NCBI GenBank assembly: GCA_030248215.1
Contig: JASANG010002792.1
Span: 496,001-560,000, forward strand
From: Enoplolaimus lenunculus
Taxonomy: Eukaryota
Direction: 5' to 3'
Length of the DNA: 64,000 bases
The position numbers and the translations under genes are program-made. Position 1 is the first letter of the stretch, and each line of letters starts with the position of its first letter. Below the pieces are notes generated by a model that searched no databases, was not told the DNA's origin, and saw only the letters and a list, made by a program, of their open reading frames with translations. Below are positions 30,201-40,824 of the stretch, piece after piece.

Positions 30201-32010
30201 AAGGATGTTCCCAACTAAATCACACCACAAACTGGCATGTTAGTTACATTGGCCCATGCTGCCGACAACCGTCCACTGCCCAAGCCCCCGCTGCACCCCA
30301 GCAACGAATCCCAGAGGCCTTCCGTCTGATCCAGCTCAACTGCAACGGCCTGTACAGCAAGATCGAGGAAATCACAGACTACATGTCTCGCAACGATATA
30401 CTTCTTCCGGCCCCTCAAGAGACCAAATTGTCGACCAAGTCCGAGCTGATGAAACATGGCGATTATACCGTACTTCCGTGCCGAACGCGATGGAGCAAAT
30501 GGCGGTGGGCTGGCCTTCCTGGTTCACCAGTCCATTCAATACCGTGTGATCCAGGCTCCAGCACCCTCCAACCAAAACGACCCCATCGAACAGCAGGGTA
30601 TCGCCACTACACGCCATCACCGCTCAAATCACAGATGGCGTCAACCAGCTTAAACCAACGCACCCCGCATAATCGCAGCGGTCCTGGACCTGTCCAAGAC
30701 CTTCGATACCGTATGTCATCATACGCTGCTGCAGGACATGTTGGAAACCTCACTACCGAAATTCATAAAGCGCTAGCTATCAAACTACCTCGGTGGACGT
30801 GAACCATTCAAGGAGTTACACCACGCCAGATCACGTGGTAAACCAAGGTGTATCACTAGGAGAAGTGCTATCCCCGGCACTCTTGAACTACTATATCTCC
30901 AAGCTACCGATCCCCTGCCTGGAATCAGCGTGGTGAGCTATGCTAACGATTGCAACATCCTCGCATTAAGGCCTGATATTCCTGAACTATGTCGTGCTCT
31001 AAATGGATATCTGGCTGTTGTCAACCGCTTCTATGCAGAACGCAACCTTCAACTGCCAGCCGAAAAATCTACCTACATCATGGTCTCCCGAACTTAGGAG
31101 CACTCTAAACATCAGCATCAATGGCAGCCATATTCCAACCAAAAACAACCCCAAGCTTCTGGGAGTAACATTCGATAATATGCAGAACTTTAAAATAATG
31201 CTGCCAACGTTCAGAAAAAAGTTCGCCACATTGCATGCAGCACTTGAGGAAAGGATTAAGGGCTACTACTGTCAACATTCAAATCTATCGGCCGTTCCAT
31301 CAAAAATCTCGCCGCCGCCACTGAGCAATTACCACTGGAAAAAACTCCAAGCTACCCAAAACGCAAGCTTACGAGCTGCATCAGGCTGCCTCGTCATGAT
31401 CACATCCGCGCCGAATACAATCATGCCAGTCAAACAACACAACTACATGTTATGTCGAAAATATCTACTGGGTTGCCACCGCACGGGTCATCCAAATAAT
31501 CAGATGATAGCCAGGTACCCCGCCACACGCCACATCCGCAAAGACGTGTCCAGGTTCAAAGATGATATCGCTCGTTTGTTCCCAGCCACACCAGGTATCG
31601 CCTATAAAAGGTACAAAGACGGTATCGCCGAAATACACAGAACTGCAGTTGCCGACGATATTGCCGGAACAACTTGCGGCAACGCGACGCTATGGACCGC
31701 TATAACTGGAGAATGTTAATCCGGAAAGCAGAGGTGGAACAACACCAGAAAGAAAAAGAAGAAGATTGTTTGTGCACACTGATAGATCCGCTTTTGAGAA
31801 GCAAATTTATTTTTTCATTACGTATACGATGTTTTATAAAAGTGCGCAGTTGTAGCCTACAACACTCAAAAATTCTGACCCGACCAATATTGTTTACTTA
31901 GTACTTACTGTAGTTTTTGAGCCGGGATTGTTCACCAACTGTTCTTTGGTAATACGTGGTAAGCGACGAACAAGTTCTATACCTCGCTGAGTTATTCCGG
32001 AATTTACCAT
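24240..32010 (-). CDS. MRPL15: Mitochondrial large ribosomal subunit protein uL15m; 5 exons: 32010-31909, 26709-26555, 25806-25641, 24901-24685, 24484-24240
   Basis: GT-AG introns, 885 nt, 294 aa: MVNSGITQRGIELVRRLPRITKEQLVNNPGSK..., RREYPPLSLVELQRMIDMG, FGVQLTDEGAD, VNIEVQWASELAI, RGEPIPKR, RGYLADP, FFGLQPGWVVN..DRTILKP. All match recalled MRPL15 motifs. Intron 1 (5.2 kb) is filled with LINE remnants. Confidence 0.93.
27598..27656. mobile_element. 59-bp hAT-type MITE inserted in the RTE remnant
   Basis: TIRs CAGGGTGCAACC / GGTTGCACTCTG. Perfect 8-bp TSD CCTAATAC at 27590-27597 and 27657-27664. Confidence 0.85.
28846..29248. mobile_element. hAT-type MITE of the same family interrupting the RTE RT domain
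   Basis: Ends are CATGGTACAACCGGAAT and ATTCTGGTTGCACCCTG. The RT reading LRNH|HDVPELLIDWV resumes after it. The TSD is degenerate. Confidence 0.7.
30060..31670 (+). mobile_element. Decayed, internally deleted Ingi/Vingi-like LINE with a degenerate 2A motif; no RNase H seen
   Basis: LLQMLLMVAGDGERNPGP, a Cys/His remnant, APE start FRLIQLNCNGL...QETKL and GGGLAFLV. RT remnants: VLDLSKTFDTV, VLSPALLNYY, SYANDC, PKLLGVTFD, KLQATQNASLRAASGC. Boundaries are approximate. Confidence 0.75.
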
Positions 32011-32639
32011 CTTGACATTTATCAGGCTTCCAACATCTTGATATTTATCAGGCTTCCAACAGGAACTAACAGGAACCGGAGCTTGAAATAATTTTATTAC
32101 AGAATTACTGTTCTATATGCTATATAGAAAGCTATCCAAATAGTGCTTTAAGCGAATTTTCAGCAATTTCATCATGCAGTGAGGCGAGAACACATCACAT
32201 TTATAATTTAACAACTTATTAACAAAACTGAACTATAGCAAAGGCATTCATTTCGAAATAACAATTTTTCTAACCCAAAGTTTCCGACAATTAAAGAATC
32301 ACGAATGTCACAAAACCGTTAAAATTCCTGTACGTTGCATAGGCTATAGTAAGTACAACGGTTTGTAGTTCTGTGTTATTGCAGCTGAAACTGTGGGGCG
32401 TTCTTACGAGGTTTCGACAACATGAGACCATTCGCAAAGACATGTATATCGCATAGGATATTACTCACAGTAGAAATGCAAATTTAAAGGAATAAACTCT
32501 AATTAAGAAAAAAGGGGGCAGGTAACCTCACTTATATTTGCTTATCTTACGTTAGAAATTGCGGTCGAATGAAATAAAACTGGTTAGGTTAGTGTGTCTT
32601 AAGAGATTGCTAAAATTTTTAGTATTTGAAGCCTTTAAT

Positions 32640-32880
32640 GGCAACTGATCTACATGACTTGGAAGCGAGTTCCACACTGGTACAGTCCGTACAAAATAGC
32701 TAAAGCGACGTGGAGTTGAACGCTATTTAGGCATTCTTAATTTAAAAGTATGGCCTCTATTATGGTCATTTAGGGAAAATAAAACAAAATCTCTAGTTTC
32801 TAACCCAATATCATGACAATGCAAAACATGCTGTACGCTTGCCAGCCGCACCGTATCTATATAATCAAAGATTAAAGTAG
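32640..32880 (-). mobile_element. CR1/L2-type LINE 3' fragment
   Basis: The minus strand reads NRGHTFKL...RRFSYFVRTVPVWNSLPSHV, the RGH.KL / R....WNSLP terminal motif of CR1/L2 ORF2. It contains a stop. Confidence 0.6.
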
Positions 32881-33846
32881 CTGGAAAGTGGAAAGACGGA
32901 CAGCATGGTATAGTGTCAGAGGGTTCGCCCAAGGATCCACAGGTTTGAGAATTCGAACCCATGACATTCCTGCTATTTTAACTCGTTGTGTAAATGAGGC
33001 ACGCTGCTCCCGATTGTTCATTAGTGTTCAAACTTTTATAAACTGCAAATATAAATTAACTCGTGCAGGTAGTACGAGCTACTCCTCTTTTTAAACTTTC
33101 AAAAGAAACAATTTCTTCCTATTTTTTCACCAGAGTTCACTCTAAACGAAATTGAAAACATCGACTTTTTTCCGGAATATGGTCAAATAATATATTTTAG
33201 GAATCTCAGTACGAGTTGCAAATGAAGGCTACAGTTAAACGACATATTGTCTGTAAAAGTACGCGTTCAGAATATTAAACTGATTATAATCCCTAGCTAA
33301 GTAAAAGTTGGTAATGAATATTGACATTAGGATCCTACTCTCAAATTTGTGAAGCACATCCAATTGATGGTCAACGTTCAGGATATTCTTTGCAGTTGGA
33401 GTGCCGCATTTCGGTGCCAAGCTCAAAATTTCCCAATGCGGAACTTTGTTAGTTTCAAAGCCATCGCTTACAGATAATAGGTGTTAAAAGAAATGCACTG
33501 ATCCGCTATGCTCTTTAAGTTGAGCAAGAAGTACAGGCTAATTATACTTTTTTGTAACCAGTAACCTCAACAGACGAAATTATATGTGCAAGAGATTTAA
33601 AAGTTACGCTTTAGTGTGTTTCATTGCTTTGGCTTGGGCTGTACTTCGGCTTAGAATCAGTTATAGGCTTATCCATAAGCTGAACTTTTGGCTTAGGCTT
33701 TAATAGTAAGATAGTTACAGTACTGTTATCCACTTCAAATAAACGTAGCTGTTATATATTAAAACGCGATTTGCTGTTGAACGAGAGATTTTATTGGAAT
33801 TTACATAGCTATTTTGATTTGTTGGCGACGTGGATGTCAACATTGA

Positions 33847-36800
33847 GTCCCCAATGGAGGAGCCTACAAGAAGCTCTCCGAAACGGAGCGGGTGGGGATG
33901 TTACGCAGAATACCTCCGCGAACAAGGATGCACAGGCCGTATACGCAAACAAGGAGACTATTACGTCTGTACAATATATCCCATCGACCGAAAGCCAAAG
34001 AAGGAAATATCAAAGAAAACGAAGAATCTCAAGCAAGCGTGTTTTTGGAAAGCGGGGACGATGATGCAGTCGCTCGCCCTCGTAGTGCCAAACTAATCAG
34101 ACTGCTGTTATTGATTGCCGGTGACGTGGAACGCAACCCTGGCCCCCGATGGGAATGCCCAGTGTGCAAGAAGAGCTCGTTCAAAGGCTCGATGGGCTGC
34201 ACAAATTGCAGGCGCTGGTATCACTACAAATGCGCTGGCGTGCTCAATTATGCGACGGCAAAGCAAACACCGATTTGGGTATGTGATGATTGTAAACGAA
34301 CAACACGTACTGCTCCAGCAGGTGCTCAAGGTACAAAACCAGGTCAGACACCCAGCCAAAGCATCAATCAAAAAGCCTTCAATGTGCTTCAATGGAATGC
34401 CCGAGGTGTCAGATCCAAGGTCGCGGAGCTTGAGCACCTGTTGGAAACGGTGGAACCGGAAGTAGTAATGATACAAGAAACCCTGCTGAAGAGTGGAACA
34501 GAATTCAAAGTGAAGGGATACCAAGAACCCATTCGAAAAGATAATGAAGTGGCCAGAAACAACAACTCAACAAAACCCGGTGGTGGCTTGATCACACTGG
34601 TTAAAGATGGCCTAAATTTCAAAGAAATCCGAAATGGAGTGTACAACAGCAGAAACGACAAAACAACGGAATGGCAAGCAATATCAGTCAACGTGAAAGA
34701 CAGACCGCCTATCAAACTGGTCAATGTCTATGTCCCACCTATTATAAACTGCACCGACGACAATAGGACACAATTATTCGATCCAAACGGACTAATGGCA
34801 GACGAGTCTACATTTCTGGGAGGCGACTTCAATGGTCATCATGCCATGTGGGACTCATTCCAACCGCAAAACAAAATTGGCAAACAAATGGTTGACTGGA
34901 TGGATAACAAAAACATGATATCAATCAACAACAATACCGAACCGACCTTCTGTGGGTTTAACAACGCCTGTAGCAGTTCACCGGATGTCACGGTCATGCA
35001 TACAAAATGGTTAGAAAAAGCAAAATGGAAAACGACGGACAGCATGGGTTCAGATCACAAGTCTATCCTTTGGTCGATCAATCTTATAAAACCAAAACCA
35101 AGGTTTATCCGAAAAACAAGATGGTCATTCAAACCCGCAGCGCTGGAGAACTTTAGATCCGCGCTAGAAAGAAAACTGGAACGTTGGGAAATCAACGAAA
35201 ACATCACGATCGCAAACAAGAACTTCAACGAAATCGTAATGACAGAAGCCAAGCGACACATACCGCGCGGAGCGGTGAAAGCTGCAAAACCATGGTGGAG
35301 TCAGGAAGCCCAAAATTTGGTCAATGCCCGATTCGATGCTTTGGTTAAAGCCAGAACCACAAAAAAGCCTGAAGACCTGGAAGACTATCAAAGGAAAGCC
35401 AAGGATGCTAGATACAAAATCAGGCAAATGAAAAGAGACGCTTGGCGAGAAAAAGCAAGTAACTTCAACTATACAACAGAGCCTAGGACAGTATGGAGAA
35501 TAGTTAAAGCAATTGATGGTAATCTACCAGCCGCGCCGTCTGGAAAACCGATGATCTCAGAGAAAGGCAGAGAACTGAGGACAGATGCAGCGAAAGCAGG
35601 TGAATTCTGCAGAGTGACTCAAAAGTCAGCAAATTGGAAAAGTCGAAAGAAGATAAAGTACACGAATACAATATCAGATCCCGTGAAAAAATGGAAAGGC
35701 AGCGATCGTTGAAGAAGACATGCCTTTCAGCCTTAGTGAATTGGAGACTGCGATATCAGAACTGAAAAGTGGTAAAGCAGCCGGAATCGACGAAACCACC
35801 AACGAAATGATCAAATCTTTCGGCGAAAGAGCTAAACGCGTGCTGCTCGAGTTATACAATCGATCATGGGACAGTGGTGATGTACCAAGCTGCTGGAAAA
35901 AGCAGTCATAATTCCAATCAGGAAGAAAGGAAAGCCTGTACAATCTGCTGGTTCTTACCGCCCAATATCACTAACAAGCTGTGTGGCGAAATGCATGGAA
36001 CGTATGATAAAGAACAGGCTAAACTATATTATGGAAACTAAGAACCTATTCGACGAAAACCAAGCGGACTTCAGAAAATTGAGATCAACCGAAGATCAAT
36101 TGCTGAGGATTACCCAGGATGTGCTAGATGGCTTTCACTGTAAGAAAATGGAAAGAACTTCGATGGTGCTGGTAGATTTCTCCCGCGCATTCGATAAAGT
36201 GTGGAAAAGCAAACTCCTGGAGAAAATGATGGAACTAAATCTGCCACCCAAAATGATCTTCTGGATAAAGAACTTCTTACAAGACAGACGAGGAAAAGTA
36301 CAGTTCGGAGCCGCAAAAAGTAGATACAGGAAGTTTGAGGAGGGTCTACCTCAGGGCAGCGTACTAAGCCCAACCTTATTTACGATTTTCATCAACGATA
36401 TCACAGTCGGTCTCCCTGAAGGTGTGAATTGCTCGCTGTTTGCTGACGATCTAGCGATATGGTCACGACACCGGAACATTGCAGAGATCGAAGACAATAT
36501 GCAAGATGCCATGGACGCAATCGTTGAATGAAGTGATACAAACAAAATGATAATAAGTGAAGAGAAGACTGAACAGACGCTATTCACGACATGGAACAAA
36601 GAAAAAAGCGTTGTCCCGGAGATCATGATGCGTGGAAAACGTCTGACGTTTTCGAAGAATCCCGTCTTCCTCGGAACCACATTCGATCAACATCTGAGTT
36701 TACGTTTTCGAAGAATCCCGTCTTCCTCGGAACCACATTCGATCAACATCTGAGTTTCAAAAACCACGCTGACAAGATCAAGAAGAGAATGAGTTTAAGA

Positions 36801-38270
36801 AACAATGTGTTACGTTCACTAACCGGCAAAGACTGGGGATGCAAAAAAGAAGATATGAGGCTTCTATATCAGTCATTCATCCGTTCTGTTGCTGAGTACG
36901 GGATCCCAGCATGGGGTCTGAGCATGTCAGAAACAGTAAATGAAACGATAGAAACAGCACAAAGAGAAGCCGCTAGAATCATCACCGGGTGTGTCAGAGG
37001 AACAAGAAATGACAGTCTTATGGTTGAAGCCGGGCTACCACCACTGAAGTACAGAGCACAAGAACTAGCCAGCCTAGCCTTTGAGAAATCACTCAGACTA
37101 CCCTCTGGAAACCCCCGGCGCCAAATCGTTGACCCAGAAAACAGAGTACCCAAAAGAACATCCAAAGTACAATGGCGGGACGAAGCCAAACGCCTTGCAG
37201 AAAACACTGGGCTACAAGGATTTCGAAGAGAGGAACTAAAACCATTCCAACACCCCCCGTGGCTGAAATGGAAGACAACCACCTTCAACGAGGAACTCGC
37301 GACAACAGTGACTAAAGACATGCCACCAGAAAAGTGTAAACAAGCAGCAGAAAGTACTTTATCAAGTCTGCCGAAGCCCGCTCTCCAGTACTGGACCGAC
37401 GGTTCCGCTGAAGGCGGAATCAGCAATGGTGGTAGTGGAATTCTGGAAATCAGTGCAAATGGAAACACCAGAGAACGATCGGTAGCGGCTGGACGTATTG
37501 CGAGCAGTACCAAAGCAGAAATTGTTGCCATATATGAAGCACTGAAAATGGTACAGAACAAAGTAGACAACAACGATATAAAGTATGACGAGGTCTGCTG
37601 GATCTGCTGTGATTCAAGATCTGCCATACAAAAGCTCAAGAAAGGACCTCATCTGCAAACCGACATCATCTGCAACAGGATCTGGAAAGAAATTTCACGC
37701 CATACCGAACAAAACGGTATAAAGTTCATATTTCAATGGGTTCCTGCCCATTGTGACCTCCAACGCAATGAAAACGCAGACACGCTCGCGAAAAATGGTA
37801 GCGCCAAACACCAACAAGACGTACCGATCGACATAAGCTCTGCAAAATCTGTGATCAAGAAAAGATTCGCCAAGAAATGGGAACATGAACGAAAGCCAAC
37901 CTTTGATATTGCGAAATTCGTGCCGGATAAGCTGGAAAGTGGTCTCACGCAACACGCAAAACGAACACTTGCCCAAATGAGAACTGGAGGCAAATCCTTC
38001 TACCTTGCCAGCTTCAAGCATGCCGTGAATCCCAATGAACCACCGCACTGCAAAAGATGCTTTAACAGTGACGAAACCATCGAACACGTGATGAAAGAAT
38101 GCCATATTCTTCACCAGCACAGAGAAGATCTGCTCAACAAAGATGACCCGATGAAAACATTGTACGATGACCCAAAGAAAGCGTATACATTCCTGTGCAG
38201 GGCCGGAGTTATCTCCGACCGCATGTGACCTCATGGTCTCCAACCTTGAAATGAAGAAGAAGAAGAAGAA
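33847..38270 (+). mobile_element. Ingi-type (I-group) non-LTR retrotransposon, apparently full length but disrupted: 2A - PHD - APE endonuclease - RT - RNase H - CCHC, with a (GAA)6 tail
   Basis: Perfect 14-bp TSD GATGTCAACATTGA at 33833-33846 and 38271-38284. APE motifs: LQWNARG, IQET, GGDFNGHH, SSPD, GSDH. RT motifs: YRPISLTS, DFSRAFDKV, GLPQGSVLSP, FADD. RNase H motifs: WTDGS, AEIVAI, CDSRSA, QWVPAH..NENAD. C-terminal CKRC..ETIEHV..C. Disruptions: frameshifts near 35.6 and 35.9 kb, a TGA at 36529-36531 and a 56-bp duplication. Confidence 0.93.
34087..34146 (+). other. 2A-like StopGo (ribosome skipping) peptide at the N-terminus of the LINE ORF
   Basis: AKLIRLLLLIAGDVERNPG|P matches the canonical D(V/I)ExNPG-P motif with the usual upstream Leu-rich helix. 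Confidence 0.85.
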
Positions 38271-38509
38271 GATGTCAACATTGACAGTGTTAAGCTCTAT
38301 TCGCGCGTGTAAGTTTTGAAACAAAGTCTCCAATATTTAAATGATTATTAATATTAATAATTTGATACAAGACCGTAAAAATTCCGGTTCCTGCATCTTT
38401 GAATGCAGGAACAGAAACAGGAATTGAACTGTTGCAGGAATTCCGGCCGGAACACGAATTCCTGTTGAACCCTGCCTGGTGCATATGCAACATATGCAAT
38501 GCAGTTGCC

Positions 38510-39005
38510 ACAGCATACGGCCGACATATAGTCGACGATAGAAGCAGTTTCAGAGGCGAGCTATGTGGACTGTGGTAGAGTGTTTACTTCGGAAGCCTAA
38601 GGCCGCTAGTTAGATCCCCGCTGTGTAGGGCCTGTTTTCCAGCTGTTTAGGTAAAATGTCTGAAGTCCCAGTTTCTACCCAAAGTGACATAGAGGCTACG
38701 CCGTAAGCGCAATGGTAAATTGCCGCGCTTTAAACACGGTATCTAGTCGAAAATGAAATGGACGGTCAATGGATTACTTTGTTGAAAATTGGGGAATGTA
38801 AGCATGTGAGACATGCTTGTCCTTTTGCATAGCATACGGTCGACATATGGTCGACGATAGTAACAGTTGGACAGGTGGGCTGCGTAGCGCAGTGGTACAG
38901 AGTGCGCTTAAGGATCCGTAGGCTGGGAGTTCGATTCCCGCTCTGTACGCCCGCTTTTCCGCTGCTTAGGTAAAAGGTCTGCAGTCCCGGTCCCTACCTA
39001 CTGCC
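38510..39005 (+). repeat. Multimeric tRNA-derived (SINE-like) repeat
   Basis: A/B-box-like heads at ~38555 and ~38878 (TAGCGCAGTGG...GAGTTCGATTCC), a third partial head at ~38700, a shared tail (AAAAGGTCTGMAGTCCCRG) and a linker CATACGGYCGACATATRGTCGACGATAG. Confidence 0.7.
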
Positions 39006-39089
39006 TCTGCTTGCACTCGAGACCAGTATGCTAGCACTGCACCAAGCAGTTGATTGCGATGACTTCCCATGCCGATTTACACGTATGTG

Positions 39090-39833
39090 TCTGTCTTCTC
39101 CACTGCGGGGGGGGGGGGGGGGGCGCAGCACTTTTCAAAATTTTTATTTCCCCCCTCGGCGAAAATTTTGCCGCCCCCGGAAAGGCCCCCCGGCGAATTT
39201 TCAGGCACCCCCCAGCAAATTTTTGCTGGGGGCCCCCCAGGACTTTGCTAGGCTAAAAATTTTCAATGTTATAACGTAAAGACCTGGACTTATTTTGAGG
39301 CGGACATTCGGCAAAATATGATTTTATATTACGCTGAGTACTCATAATTTTTAATAGCGTTACAAATACCCGTAGTAACTAATACAATTCAATAATGACC
39401 TGAAAAAAGCACAATTATTTAAAGACCGTTTCAGGGCATGCAGCATTGGAAAGTACCTTGCAGCAGCAAGTTCAACTCGCCTGAACCTTATGATAAACTG
39501 AAGCTGTGACTAATATATAAAATATATATTAATCGCAGTTTCAATTATAGATTATCTATATTTTATATAGTTGTGTTCTTTCAACTTCTGGTTACGTTGT
39601 CAGTAATATTAGTTAAATTATTGTTATTAGCGTTTGCGAGAAATTTTTGTCATGTTGAGCGATGAGTAATCTTCAGTTGAGTTGGAAACACGGTCTACAA
39701 TGAAAAAATGGTCCAAAAAGTCGGTTTGCAAAATTTTAAGCCTGCCCCCCCAGGACCCCCCAGGAAAGTCCTGCCCCCCCCCATAAAACGCCCCCCCCCG
39801 CCGGAAATTTTCAAGCTGTGGAGAAGCCAGTGT
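39090..39833. mobile_element. TIR element with poly-G/poly-C subterminal tracts
   Basis: CTGTCTTCTCCAC at the left end matches GTGGAGAAGCCAG at the right end. GC-rich GCCCCCC/AAAATTTT motifs lie near both ends. No clear TSD. Confidence 0.45.
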
Positions 39834-40824
39834 GTACACATGTATGGCCTTCTTTGCTTTACATACATTTATTGTGCATATACGTATACCAGTGTAACGT
39901 TGCGGTAAGTGCGAGTTTTGGGAATGTTGCCTGGCATATTAAAAATGTAGACGACGCACTAAGTTCCATGTTTTCAAGTTTTTCTAGTATCAGAAAATTT
40001 CAGTCATCACCACTGAATGAGGCTGATAGCCAGACAGCTTTCGCTAGTAACCCAATATAGAATGTCCCTGAAATTAAGCAATCTAACTCCATGCAGATTC
40101 AAATTAAACGTTAGAAAAATAACCGTTCGCAGTTTGTTGAAATAGGTGAAGTGAATGCCAGCTGGTTCGATGCAAAGTATATAGCGTTTTTATACATGCT
40201 GAAGTTTATACGTTTCATTTCGATTTTTTATAAAAAACAATACCATGTCATGAATGTTCTGTAATTTATGCATACCAAAAAATACAGTTAAAGCGGAATT
40301 CGAAATTAACTTGCTGAATAGTAAGGTCTGACGGTTAAAGCGAACGGAATTATAAATGAGCTCATCGATTTTAGAAATAATAGTCAAGCATAATTAGCTT
40401 CCAACAAAGCAAAAATGTAGCTAATTTAGCTTTAGAATATGCGCGAGAATGCAGAAATGTAATATTTAAATAGAATGTATTTATCTGATGATAAGCGCAA
40501 ATTAAGCACAGACGCCACACCAACAAGGATCAACCGGGAGGGAACCTAAAATTTTTCATTAGACGGATGAATATCAGGTGCTAGGAGTTTCGAACTGATG
40601 ATCTTCAGAGTTAAAAGGAATGCTCTTGAACTACCTAGGTTATCGACTAATTCGAGATCGACACGTGACTATCGTTTTGTAACCTTAAAACATTGACAAC
40701 GGGTGTTGCATATAAACTGAATTAAATTTACATTAAATTTGCATGTAAAACTTAACAACAGTAGCGAATGAAAAACATATTGGTATCTTTTCTAGCTTAC
40801 ATATTATCCAGAGGTATTGGAATA

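Noticed and set aside
36869..38333. Long minus-strand ORFs (256 aa and 212 aa; also 34108-34524 and 28111-28638)
   Set aside because: They are antisense shadows of LINE coding sequence with no recognisable domains.
38875..38950. Functional tRNA genes (also 3110-3190, 20733-20810, 32900-32965)
   Set aside because: A/B boxes are present, but acceptor and anticodon stems do not pair properly and the units sit in repeats, so they are treated as tRNA-derived repeats.
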